This document shows, piece after piece, positions 18,548 through 27,842 of a stretch of 64,000 bases of DNA. The translations under genes and the position numbers were made by a program. Position 1 is the stretch's first letter, and every line of letters starts with the position of its first letter. This DNA comes from Candidatus Hydrogenedentota bacterium (GTDB lineage: Bacteria; Hydrogenedentota; Hydrogenedentia; Hydrogenedentales; JAEUWI01): positions 1-64,000 of the forward strand of contig JAXMOL010000003.1 of NCBI GenBank assembly GCA_034669905.1, written 5' to 3'. The notes beneath the pieces are model-generated. The model made no database searches, was not told where the DNA came from, and saw only the letters and a program-made list of their open reading frames with translations.

Positions 18548-19954
18548 ATGAAGTTGGCCTTGGTAGCTAGGAATGTTTCCGTGTCCCTTACGCAAATTGA
18601 CCGTCCTGTCAACAATGCCAGCCTCGTGTTCTTTCGGGTCTGCTTCGGGCTTGTCATGGCCTACCAGGTCTACAGCCTGATTGCCGAAGGGGCCCTCCGC
18701 CCCATGTTTCAAGAGCCCCGTTTTTTCTTCACCTACTATGGATTTGGATGGGTGAAGCCCCTCGACGGGACAGGGATCGTGCTTCACTTTGCCCTGACCC
18801 TGCTGGCGGCCCTGGGAATCGCCGCAGGGTGCTTTTACCGGACGAGTTGCGCGGTCTTTTTCGTCGGGTGGACCTGGTACTGGCTCATCGACGTTTCCTA
18901 TTACCAGAACCACACCTACCTCGTGAGCCTGCTCAGCTTCTGGCTATTTTTTATGCCGGCGAATGGTCGTTTTTCGGTGGATGCGTGGTGGCGACCTGCG
19001 CTGCGCACCGCCCACACTCCCGTCTGGTGCGTTTGGCTACTTCGGGCCCTCATGGCCATCGTCTATTTCTATGCGGGACTTGCCAAGCTCAATGGGGACT
19101 GGCTGCGGGGCGAGCCCATGGGGGAATTCTATGGTCAACACGGGGATTTCCCCGTGTTGGGGGGGCTGGTCACGTCGACTTTCTGGACCCTCTACATGGT
19201 CAGTTGGGGCGGGCTCTTCTTCGACCTCTTTATCGTGCCGGCCTTGCTCTGGGTACGCACCCGCCCCATCGCGTTTCTGTTGGTGCTTGGCTTCCACGGT
19301 TCCAACCTCGTTTTTTTTACCATCGATATTTTCCCCATCCTGGCGGTCGCGGCCACCACAATATTCTTTGCCCCCGAGTGGCCAGAACGCGTGTGGGCCC
19401 GTTTCACCAGGAACCACGACACGATTCCTGCCCCACCTGGAGGGGCCTTGCGTGGTCATTCGAACAGGGCCCTGCGCATCGGCCTGGCGGTCTTTCTCGT
19501 CGTGCAATTGCTCGTGCCCTTTCGGCACGTGTTCTATCCCGGCGATCACAACTGGACCGAAGAGGGCCACCGTTTTTCCTGGTTTCTGGTGCAGCGTTCC
19601 AAGAAAGGGCGGGTGCTTTTTCTGGTACACGCCCCCGATTCTGGAAAGAAGTTCAGCATCGATCCGATTAAGTTCCTGAACCCACGTCAGGTCCGGTTTG
19701 TAGCCATTACCCCCGATATGATGGTGCAATTCGCCCACTTCCTCGAGGCGGAACTGGGCAAAGAGCTACCCGGAGATTTGGAAATCTACGCCGTGTCACG
19801 GGTACGTCTCAATCGGCGTGACTTCGTGCCCCTGGTCCCTCAGACCCTGGACCTGAGCCAGGAACCCCGCCACGGGGGCCACTACGACTGGATTACGCCC
19901 CACCCCGGTCCCATGTTGCCGCCCGGCAGCGCGCCAAGAGCCCCCACCGCCTGA
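18548..19954 (+). CDS. HTTM domain protein, vitamin K-dependent gamma-carboxylase-like (start may be GTG 18581)
   Basis: SLVFFRVCFG, FFFTYYGFGWV, YQNHTYL, VYFYAGLAKLNGDWLRGEP, WTEEGHRFSW, PDMMVQFAHFL. Confidence 0.88.
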   Translation: MKLALVARNVSVSLTQIDRPVNNASLVFFRVCFGLVMAYQVYSLIAEGALRPMFQEPRFFFTYYGFGWVKPLDGTGIVLHFALTLLAALGIAAGCFYRTSCAVFFVGWTWYWLIDVSYYQNHTYLVSLLSFWLFFMPANGRFSVDAWWRPALRTAHTPVWCVWLLRALMAIVYFYAGLAKLNGDWLRGEPMGEFYGQHGDFPVLGGLVTSTFWTLYMVSWGGLFFDLFIVPALLWVRTRPIAFLLVLGFHGSNLVFFTIDIFPILAVAATTIFFAPEWPERVWARFTRNHDTIPAPPGGALRGHSNRALRIGLAVFLVVQLLVPFRHVFYPGDHNWTEEGHRFSWFLVQRSKKGRVLFLVHAPDSGKKFSIDPIKFLNPRQVRFVAITPDMMVQFAHFLEAELGKELPGDLEIYAVSRVRLNRRDFVPLVPQTLDLSQEPRHGGHYDWITPHPGPMLPPGSAPRAPTA

Positions 19955-20106
19955 TTCGCGCCCCATTGCTTGTTCAACTGCACACAATCGTGACGGACAG
20001 ATCTGTGCACCGTCTTCGGGCGGTCGCCAGCCCACCAGCGGGAGGGCATGCTGTAAGTTGTCTTTTGTAAGCAGGTTATGTCTTTGTTTTCTGCGCCTTC
20101 CCTATC

Positions 20107-20121
20107 TGGCACGCCTTATGC
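20107..20121 (+). promoter_or_regulatory. Putative sigma54 (-24/-12) promoter
   Basis: TGGCAC-GCCTT-ATGC with exact GG-N10-GC spacing; AT-rich tract upstream at about 20054-20092. Confidence 0.6.
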
Positions 20122-20130
20122 GTTATCTCA

Positions 20131-20573
20131 GGTAACAGCGCCACAAAGGCGCTGTACCAAGCGCCCCACCCGGGCGACTGAAAGATTTGGACCATGTCGC
20201 ACTCGACAAAATGCTATCACGACCAGCGTTTGCACAGACACCACCACGACAGTGTGTCGGCATGGTCCATCGCTCTTTTTCCGGCTGCTTCTCACAGGTC
20301 ACTTGCACCTTCCACGCTGGCGGGCACGCGATCGCGCCAATCCGCGCGCCCCGAAGAAACAGCCGGTTTTTATACGCCCTCATCTCTACGTGTCACACAC
20401 GTGGTTCGACTCACTGCCCGAGACCTGCCGACTCACTGCTGCCCAACCTACCTCAGACCAAGGCAGGTCTCACTCTCCACCGCGTCGACGCCCAGCCTGG
20501 CCTCGACCTAGACACACCGGTGGAGACCCGATTGGCCGGACGGTTGCAACGACCGCCCGGCCATCGTTTTTTT
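20131..20573 (+). ncRNA. Candidate large structured non-coding RNA (~440 nt), family unknown
   Basis: Starts at the predicted sigma54 start site, is tiled by eight stem-loops and ends in an intrinsic terminator; no credible ORF. Confidence 0.55.
20529..20573 (+). terminator. Intrinsic terminator
   Basis: CGATTGGCCGGACGGT...ACCGCCCGGCCATCG followed by T7. Confidence 0.85.
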
Positions 20574-20638
20574 GAGGGGCAACGGGGAAGCGCGAACTCC
20601 GACTATACATGGCGCTACGCTCTTCCCGTCATCGTGTC

Positions 20639-20667
20639 TTGCGCGCACGGTATCCAGACTCCATAAT
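20639..20667 (+). promoter_or_regulatory. Putative sigma70 promoter of the 20702 gene
   Basis: TTGCGC-N17-CATAAT, 34 nt before the ATG. Confidence 0.5.
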
Positions 20668-20701
20668 ACGGTCTTAGCCTGAAACGGAGTCCTGGAGTCT
20701 T

Positions 20702-23700
20702 ATGAGCACTTTTTCTTTCCTGTCGCGTTGTGTTTTTCTGTTTGCTGCCATGGTGCACGCTTCCTTTGTTCTGGCCGATAGCGATATCTTTGTCGCCCCT
20801 ACGGGCAACGACGCGTGGTCGGGGCGCCTGGACGCGCCGAACGCCACGGGGGACGATGGCCCCCTCGCATCCCTGGCAGGGGCCCGGGACCGGGTACGCG
20901 CACTGAAAGCCAAAGGCCCCCTCACGGAGCCCGTCAACGTTTATCTGCGCGGGGGCACCTACGCCCTCAATGCCCCCGTCGTCTTCCTGCCTGGGGATTC
21001 AGGCACCGAGTCGGCTCCCATCCGTTACCGGGCCTATTCCGAAGAGACCCCGGTGCTTTCCGGTGGCCTGGCCATTTCGGATTGGCGTGAAGACGGTGAT
21101 TTTTGGGTGGCCGACATTCCGGACGGGGCACCAGAGAATTTCCACGAGCTTTGGGTCGGTGATAAACGGCGTACGCCAGCGCGCACGCCCAACGCCGCCC
21201 ACGAAGGGGGAGACGAACCGCCCGACACGGATTTCTTCTACACGGCGGGGCCCGTGATGGTGAAGGACAAAGACGGCAAAGACGTTAAGAGCAACCAGGC
21301 CTTTCGCTTCCGTGAAGGTGACATCCAACCGTGGGATTCACTCCACCGCAACGCCATCGTGGTGGCCTTCAATTCCTGGACCACGTCCCTCATGCGGGTC
21401 AAGGGGGTGGATTGGGAGAACCAGGTCATTGAATTTGCCGGGCCATCGCGCTACCCATTTTGCCGGTGGCAGTCTGACCAGCGTTACTACATCGAACACC
21501 TTTTCGAAGCGCTGGATGCGCCGGGCGAATGGTACGCCGACCACGAGGCGGGAAAACTCTTTTACGTGCCGTTGCCCGGCGAAACCCTCGAAGATTTCCA
21601 GGCGACCATCCCGCAGACGGACCAGCTGATTCTGCTTCAGGGGGACCCCGCCTCCCAGCAGTTTGTGGAGCATCTTCAATTCAGCGGACTCGACCTGCGC
21701 CATTGTGAATTTCCTATCGGGCCCGAGGGCCACAGTGACGCCCAGGCGGCGGTCAAGGTCAACGCCGCCGTTGAGATCACGGGGGCACGCTACTGCACGC
21801 TGGAAGACAGCCGCATTGCCAACGTGGGCACCTATGGCGTCTGGCTGCGCGCCGGTTCTCAGCATATCACCTTGCGCCGCAACGAGCTGACGGACCTGGG
21901 GGCAGGGGGAGTGCGCATCGGCGAAGAGGGTTCTCCCGAAACGGGGGCCCACGCAGTGGACCACAACGTGGTCGACAACAACTACCTCCACGATGGGGGA
22001 CGCGTGTGGCGCGAAGCCGTGGGCGTCTGGATTGGACGGGCCTCGCACAATGACGTGACCCACAATGAAATCGCAGACTTTCGCTACACGGGCGTTTCGG
22101 TCGGCTGGTCATGGGGCTATCAGCCCAGTTCGGCCCATCACAATCGGATTAACAACAATTACATTCACCACATCGGTCGGGGACAACTCAATGACATGGG
22201 CGGTGTCTATCTGCTGGGCGTTTCACCCGGCACCGAAGTGAAGAATAACCTGGTCCATGATGTCATCTCTCACCCACGACTCTACGGCGGCTGGGGCCTT
22301 TACACCGACGAAGGCAGCACCGACATCGTGTTGGAAAACAACGTGGTCTACAACACACGGACAGGGGGCTTCCACCAGCACTATGGCAAGGACAACCGGG
22401 TGGTGAATAATGTCTTCGCCTTTTCGCACACGCCCAATATTATTCGAACCCGGAATGAAGACCACAACTCCTTCTTTTTTGAACGGAACATCGTCTATTT
22501 CAACAATGGCCAGCTGCTCGGAAGTAACTGGCAGAACAACAACTTCACCCTGGACCACAATATCTACTGGGACACCAGTGGCCGACCCGTGATGTTTAAG
22601 GACAAAACCTTTACCGAGTGGCAGGCTGCCGGTCACGACCGTCATAGCGTTATCGCGAATCCGGGCTTCGTCGACGCGGAAGCCGGTGACTTCACGTTGC
22701 GGGCCGACTCGCCCGCGCTGGCCTTGGGTTTCCAGCCCATCGACCTGAGTCAAGTCGGGCTCTATGGGGATGATGCCTGGGTGAATAAACCGAAAGGGAT
22801 GGTGCGGCCACCCTTTGTACCGCCCCTTCCCAAGAAACCCGAGCTGCTGTCGGCAACACGTATCTGGGATGAAGGCAATCACAACGCCTTCACCGATATC
22901 ATCCGTCATGACGGCTATTTTTACGTCACCTTCCGGGAGGCCGAGAATCACGTGCCCAGCGATGGGGCCATTCGGGTCATCCGCTCGAAGGATGGGGCCG
23001 CGTGGGAATCCTGTGGCTACCTCACGGAGGAAAGCATCGACCTGCGGGACCCCAAGATTTCAGTCATGCCCGACAAGCGGCTCATGCTGGTCATGGGCGG
23101 CTCGGATTATGAAGGGAAGGAACTGGTCGGGCGTCAGCCCCGGGTGGCCTTCTCTAAGAATGGCACGGACTGGTCGGCACCCCAGCGGGTCTGCAGCGAG
23201 GGAGATTGGCTCTGGCGGGTGACGTGGCATGAGGGCAAGGCCTGGGGCGTTTCCAATCACTACATCATCGGCGAGGACAAGCCCCGCAGCCTCTTGCTCT
23301 ATGGGAGTGACGATGGTGTGAATTTTAAGATCCGCACGACACTCGATATTACGGGTAATCGCTTTGAAGTGACGGCCCGATTCCTCCCCGACGATAGTAT
23401 GATGCTTCTGGCCCGCCGGGAAGAGAGTGATAAGGGAGCCTATATTGGCACCAGCCTACCGCCCTACACCGATTGGAACTGGAGCAACACGGGTATTCGC
23501 GCGGGCGGTCCCGACTTCATTCGCCTGCCCGACGGGACCATGTGGGCGGGCTATCGGAATTACGTCAAGAAGGCCACCACCGAGTTTGCCTACATGACGA
23601 AGACGAACCTCAAGCCCGTGTTGACCCTGCCCAGCGGTGGGGACACAAGTTATCCGGGATTTGTATGGCACGACGACGTGTTGTGGATGACCTACTACTC

Positions 23701-23755
23701 CTCCCACGAGGAAAAGACGAGTATCTATCTGGCGAAGATCGTATTCGAGGGTTGA
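20702..23755 (+). CDS. Secreted right-handed beta-helix protein fused to a C-terminal sialidase-like beta-propeller
   Basis: Signal peptide; FVAPTGNDAWSG, LDAPGEWY, DMGGVYLLG, GLYTDEGS, Asn ladders; C-terminal HNAFTD...DLRDP...WLWRVTW...SGGDTSYPG. Confidence 0.85.
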   Translation: MSTFSFLSRCVFLFAAMVHASFVLADSDIFVAPTGNDAWSGRLDAPNATGDDGPLASLAGARDRVRALKAKGPLTEPVNVYLRGGTYALNAPVVFLPGDSGTESAPIRYRAYSEETPVLSGGLAISDWREDGDFWVADIPDGAPENFHELWVGDKRRTPARTPNAAHEGGDEPPDTDFFYTAGPVMVKDKDGKDVKSNQAFRFREGDIQPWDSLHRNAIVVAFNSWTTSLMRVKGVDWENQVIEFAGPSRYPFCRWQSDQRYYIEHLFEALDAPGEWYADHEAGKLFYVPLPGETLEDFQATIPQTDQLILLQGDPASQQFVEHLQFSGLDLRHCEFPIGPEGHSDAQAAVKVNAAVEITGARYCTLEDSRIANVGTYGVWLRAGSQHITLRRNELTDLGAGGVRIGEEGSPETGAHAVDHNVVDNNYLHDGGRVWREAVGVWIGRASHNDVTHNEIADFRYTGVSVGWSWGYQPSSAHHNRINNNYIHHIGRGQLNDMGGVYLLGVSPGTEVKNNLVHDVISHPRLYGGWGLYTDEGSTDIVLENNVVYNTRTGGFHQHYGKDNRVVNNVFAFSHTPNIIRTRNEDHNSFFFERNIVYFNNGQLLGSNWQNNNFTLDHNIYWDTSGRPVMFKDKTFTEWQAAGHDRHSVIANPGFVDAEAGDFTLRADSPALALGFQPIDLSQVGLYGDDAWVNKPKGMVRPPFVPPLPKKPELLSATRIWDEGNHNAFTDIIRHDGYFYVTFREAENHVPSDGAIRVIRSKDGAAWESCGYLTEESIDLRDPKISVMPDKRLMLVMGGSDYEGKELVGRQPRVAFSKNGTDWSAPQRVCSEGDWLWRVTWHEGKAWGVSNHYIIGEDKPRSLLLYGSDDGVNFKIRTTLDITGNRFEVTARFLPDDSMMLLARREESDKGAYIGTSLPPYTDWNWSNTGIRAGGPDFIRLPDGTMWAGYRNYVKKATTEFAYMTKTNLKPVLTLPSGGDTSYPGFVWHDDVLWMTYYSSHEEKTSIYLAKIVFEG

Positions 23756-23939
23756 ACGGGGGCGCTCTACTTGTGTGCGAGTCCGCGGTCACCCCATACT
23801 CTGGTTGTGTCATGTCTTGCAACTAACTTGGCCGAGCACAAAGCCAGTATCGATATCATCCGCCTTCGGAGTCACGTCCACGTGCGCCAAAGGAGTGTGT
23901 TATCCAAGACGGGCGCTTCATAGATGAGGTTCGAATGAT

Positions 23940-24779
23940 ATGATAGAAGTTGCGAAAGATACGCTCGAAATTATCAGGCTCGGTAACTACACCAATGGTG
24001 ATGGTCGGCAGGTTGAAGTGGCGCGGGAGGTTCGCCGGTGTATCGCCGAGACGACGTATCACGCCCCGGACTCGTTGGCCGAGTTGAAAGAGAAGGTGCT
24101 GGGTGAGGCGGGAAGGTTCGAGCGGGCTTCCATTGAGTTTCGCAGCGAAACGACGCTGGTCGGCGCGCGCGCGTTGGTATCGTCGGACAGATTCGAGCGT
24201 ATTGGTGTCTTGAATTTCGCTTCGGCATTGAGCGCTGGGGGCCGTTTTCTGGCGGGTGCTACGGCACAAGAGGAGAGTATCGCCCGAAGCAGTGCTCTGT
24301 ATGCCAGTCTTGTGGAATGTCCAGAGTACTACCGATTTCACCACGAGCAGGAAGATCCCATGTACAGCGACCGGATGATCTATTCGCCGTCATGCCCTGT
24401 TTTCAAGGAAGACAACGGCACCCCGCTGGTGGCGCCATATCTTGTAGATATACTGACGAGTCCCGCGCCTTACGCGGGATTTGTAGAGCCGGGTGACCAA
24501 GTAGCTGCGAAGCGTCTCAAGGAAATATTTCACGAGCGGGGTGGAAAAGTGTTCGCCCTCTTCGCAGAAATGGGATGCGACGCATTGGTTCTTGGCGCAT
24601 GGGGCTGCGGCGTGTTTTGTAACAGTCCCTACGTCGTGGCAGATATGTTTTACCACTATCTGGGTGAAAGCGGAGACTTTGCGAATCGATTTCGCCACAT
24701 CCGGTTCTCGGTGCTGGCAGACGCCCATGGTTCTAGAAACTACGAAGTCTTGCGGAAGACCTTCGAAAACTCGTTATAA
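23940..24779 (+). CDS. TIGR02452 family protein (microbial-type PARG macrodomain, DUF2263)
   Basis: VLNFASALSAGGRFLAGATAQEESIARSSALY (GG-X7-QEE PARG-like signature), YSDRMIYSP, LVLGAWGCGVFCN. Confidence 0.92.
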   Translation: MIEVAKDTLEIIRLGNYTNGDGRQVEVAREVRRCIAETTYHAPDSLAELKEKVLGEAGRFERASIEFRSETTLVGARALVSSDRFERIGVLNFASALSAGGRFLAGATAQEESIARSSALYASLVECPEYYRFHHEQEDPMYSDRMIYSPSCPVFKEDNGTPLVAPYLVDILTSPAPYAGFVEPGDQVAAKRLKEIFHERGGKVFALFAEMGCDALVLGAWGCGVFCNSPYVVADMFYHYLGESGDFANRFRHIRFSVLADAHGSRNYEVLRKTFENSL

Positions 24780-24854
24780 TCAGCTTAACTCCATCCGTAG
24801 ATGATTTGAGCCGTCGGGTATGGGCTGCTTTTGGATTAAGAAGGCACGGTACTC

Positions 24855-24883
24855 GTAGGGCGGCACACCGACGGGTGTGCCGC
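24855..24883 (+). repeat. GTAG-type REP-like palindrome between convergent genes
   Basis: GTAG-G-GCGGCACACC-GACG-GGTGTGCCGC. Confidence 0.55.
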
Positions 24884-24942
24884 AAGAGCGACTGATTATT
24901 CACGATGTCAGCGCGAAAATCTAACTCGCGGTTAATCTAAGT

Positions 24943-25431
24943 TCATGGTTGGTAGTTCCCGCCAATGGGAATGCGCGTATCTTCAAAGTAGTTGTCGTCG
25001 ATGACGCAGGGCTTGGATACTTCGAGCAGCAGGGCCGGCCCCCGACCGGTGAAGCCGTGCACCCGTCCCACTTCAATGGGGAGCACATCGCCGGGGTGGA
25101 GGGGGTGGTGTACGCCGTCGTAGTTCACATCGAGCAGGCCACGGACCACGAAAAAGGTCTCGTGCTTGGTCTTGTGGTAATGCATGGGACAGGATTGACC
25201 GTCAAAGACGAAGAGATATTTTGCGCAGTAGCCCGCGTCCATCTCATTGGCGATCCAATATTCAATCAACCCCGTATTCTGAAAATCGTTGAGACCAAAA
25301 TCGAGGACCAGGGGCTTGACGTCGGGGAGGGCCACATCCCACTGACGAATCTGCGCGTGGAAACGCAACAAGGCATCTCGCTGGACTTCTCCCGGAGCCG
25401 CGATTTCCAGTCCTTTATCTAATTCTTCCAT
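24943..25431 (-). CDS. D-lyxose/D-mannose isomerase family cupin
   Basis: DFGL, GYCAKYLFVFDGQSCPMHYHKTKHETF, HGFTG, LLEVS...DNYF. Confidence 0.85.
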   Translation of the reverse strand: MEELDKGLEIAAPGEVQRDALLRFHAQIRQWDVALPDVKPLVLDFGLNDFQNTGLIEYWIANEMDAGYCAKYLFVFDGQSCPMHYHKTKHETFFVVRGLLDVNYDGVHHPLHPGDVLPIEVGRVHGFTGRGPALLLEVSKPCVIDDNYFEDTRIPIGGNYQP

Positions 25432-25443
25432 CGTGCCACCCTT

Positions 25444-26589
25444 TCATTCTGCGATGAGTTGGTCTACCGGTAGTATGGACAATCCCGCGTCCTCTTTTGA
25501 AATGGCATAGCCCACATAGAGATTGCCTTTGGCCTCGATGGCATAGGGATAGGACCACTGGGGGTGTTTTCCCCGGCCCGCGTTGCGGGGTTGGTGAGAG
25601 GGGCCGGTGCGAATGGTCCAGACCCGGGAGAAGCTATGGGCACCCGGCGCACCCACCGCAATGGCCAGGGTGTTCCGGTTTTCCAGATTGAGAATGGCGT
25701 ACCAATGGCCCGTGCTCAGTGTTCCGGCATAGATCTTGGAGTTGGCGTTGGGGAGGTTGCTTTCCCGTAGGGTGCTCCAGGTCTGGCCCATGTCGTCGCT
25801 GAAGGAGACCAGGGTGAGTTTTTTTTCGCCATAGCGGACCAGGGCGGTGATGCGCTCCTCCTCCACGATGAGGGCCGTTTCGCCCCAGATTTGTTTCCCG
25901 GGCGTGCGGGGGATCAAAACGGGCTTCCACTGCAACACATTGTCGCCATCGGAAAGGGCTACCGCCGCATCGGCGTTGGGCCAGTCCTGCTCGTGATCCA
26001 CAATGAGGCCGCCCATGATGTAGTGTCCGTTTTTCATGGGTTGGGGTTCGGTCAACGGCCAGAAGAGCTCTTCTGCCACGATGCCCTTGGACACCCATTG
26101 CGCTCCGTCCAGGAGATAGGCCTCGGTGCGTAGTTTGGGGTAGCCCGTCCCACCGGCGACATAATCCGCCCGGGCGGCATAGGCCCAGAGCTGTTCGTCG
26201 TGATTAAAAAATACACCGTGGCTGTGGGAGTCGGGACCCGGTGCCCCGGGGGCGATGGGTTGGAAGTCGCCCCAGGTCTCACCACCATCCTCCGAGGCGC
26301 GTCCCGCCATGACGGAGCCGTCGTCATTTTCGTCGACCAGGCTGTTGCCCCAGCTGGCCCAGAGGGTGCCTTCATGAAAAGCCAGGGCGGTGCCCAATAA
26401 GAACTGATATTCGCCCGCGACCGCTTCGTGGATGACATGATGGGTTACCCCAGGTAACGGAGGGATCTCGGCTACCGCCGGAAAGGGCGTGGGGCCCGTC
26501 CAGAGGGGATAGGGCGTATTCTCTTCGGCGACGGCGACTACGCTGCTCAGTAACAGCGCGACGAGCGACAGGCAAGCGATACGGGGCAT
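25444..26589 (-). CDS. Secreted sialidase-like (BNR/Asp-box) protein
   Basis: Signal peptide; Asp-boxes SEDGGETW and SDDMGQTW; WSYPYA. Confidence 0.8.
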   Translation of the reverse strand: MPRIACLSLVALLLSSVVAVAEENTPYPLWTGPTPFPAVAEIPPLPGVTHHVIHEAVAGEYQFLLGTALAFHEGTLWASWGNSLVDENDDGSVMAGRASEDGGETWGDFQPIAPGAPGPDSHSHGVFFNHDEQLWAYAARADYVAGGTGYPKLRTEAYLLDGAQWVSKGIVAEELFWPLTEPQPMKNGHYIMGGLIVDHEQDWPNADAAVALSDGDNVLQWKPVLIPRTPGKQIWGETALIVEEERITALVRYGEKKLTLVSFSDDMGQTWSTLRESNLPNANSKIYAGTLSTGHWYAILNLENRNTLAIAVGAPGAHSFSRVWTIRTGPSHQPRNAGRGKHPQWSYPYAIEAKGNLYVGYAISKEDAGLSILPVDQLIAE

Positions 26590-26665
26590 GAGAACTTCCT
26601 TGTGGGTTGGAGGGCTTGTCACAGCCTAACGTCTGCCCACCCTACGGGGCAAGTGGCGGGCGCGC

Positions 26666-27331
26666 TCAGGCGCCTTCGCGCAGGGGGAGGAGGGCCTCCG
26701 CGATCTGGAGGTCCTCTTCCGTCTTGATGATATGGCCCGCGAGGCGGTCGAGGGTGTGGAAGGCCACCTCCCCGGCGTAGGTCGCGGTCTTACCCGCTTC
26801 AAAGGCTTCGAGGTAGGTGCTGCGCCGCCATCCTGTGATGCTCCAACTGATACGCTGGACGGGACGCAGTTCCTGGGAATTGGTTTTCTCGGTGAAGCTG
26901 AAGTTCACCGGGACGCCGTCCAGCGCACATTCGATCTGCTCGTGGGTACAGCTGAGGAGGGTATCCATCGTGCCGCGGGTCATGGTGTGGACGAATTCGG
27001 CCACCTGGGGTGCTGTGAGCAGGGGCGCAATCGAGTGGACCTGAAAGACCCGTTCGCAGGGGTGCTGCTGGAGAAATTCGTGGACGAACTGTTCGCTCGT
27101 GGCCGTATTGTTGGCGAGTGCTTCGGGGCGCTTGTGGAAGTGAACCCCTTCTTCCTTGGCCAGGGTGGCGAAGGCGTCGTGTTCCGAGTTCACCCAGATT
27201 TCATCGAAGCAGCCGGCGGTCTGGCATTTGCGGATAGCCCGCACGATGGTGGGGATACCCCCAAGTTCACGCAGGTTCTTCTGCTTCAGACGTTGGCTGC
27301 CCATGCGGGCGGGGATCATGGCGATGTTCAT
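26666..27331 (-). CDS. CMP-ulosonate synthetase-like cytidylyltransferase (NeuA/KdsB family)
   Basis: IAMIPARMGSQRLKQKNLREL, FHKRPEALA, IKTEEDLQIAEAL. Confidence 0.88.
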   Translation of the reverse strand: MNIAMIPARMGSQRLKQKNLRELGGIPTIVRAIRKCQTAGCFDEIWVNSEHDAFATLAKEEGVHFHKRPEALANNTATSEQFVHEFLQQHPCERVFQVHSIAPLLTAPQVAEFVHTMTRGTMDTLLSCTHEQIECALDGVPVNFSFTEKTNSQELRPVQRISWSITGWRRSTYLEAFEAGKTATYAGEVAFHTLDRLAGHIIKTEEDLQIAEALLPLREGA

Positions 27332-27428
27332 CGGCTGCTTTCGGGTGTGTTGTTGTGGCTGGAGTAACTCCGGTGATCCTATCACACCACCACCGAAGGC
27401 CGCAGAGTTTTGGGGGTGAGTTGGGGGG

Positions 27429-27703
27429 CTCGTTACCACGGTCCGCCGTGGTAATGCCTACGGTTCCGCTCCTGCGGGACAGGGCCTGCCTCGCGTCGTA
27501 GCGTGCCCACAGGTACTCCTCGCCTTCTCTCGTTACCACGGTCCTCCGTGGTAATGCCTACGGTTCCGCTCCTGCGGGACAGGGCTTGCCTCGTGTCGTC
27601 GTGTGCCCACAGGCGCTCTTCGCCTTTGGTGTTGCCGCCCACCTACGGCGCGTCTACGACCCGCGGCAAGGTCTGCATTCCTGCGGAGGGCCGTAGGAAC
27701 GAG
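27429..27703. repeat. REP/REPIN-like cluster left of the transposase: REPs at 27429-27457, 27529-27557 and inverted 27675-27703
   Basis: CTCGTTACCACGGTCC(G/T)CCGTGGTAATGC twice with 100-nt period; inverted GCATTCCTGCGGAGGGCCGTAGGAACGAG. Confidence 0.9.
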
Positions 27704-27842
27704 TGGGTGTTCCGCTCCCGTGGGATAGGGGCCATGTCGTCGTCGTGTCAGAGCGGGTTGCAAAAAGCCTCTTTGGTCACTTATTTTGAGACGGATTGCG
27801 ATGCTATAACATTGGCGGAAAACAATAGCAGATAGGTGCGGC

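Noticed and set aside
20270..20370. SRP RNA-like GAAGCAGCC on the minus strand
   Set aside because: The CAGG..GRAA..AGCAG domain IV arrangement is not present
20380..20430. tRNA- or tmRNA-like GGTTCGACTC motif
   Set aside because: No T-stem closure, acceptor stem, anticodon arm or CCA end could be built
20410..20475. Cobalamin riboswitch suggested by GAGACCTGCC plus its complement
   Set aside because: Upstream conserved elements (GGGAA, GCCACTG, B12 box context) are absent and the downstream gene is not B12-related; an Rfam scan would settle it
20078..20666. ORFs 20078..20575, 20187..20666 and 20194..20511 as proteins
   Set aside because: No clear RBS, atypical composition, no motifs; one runs through an intrinsic terminator
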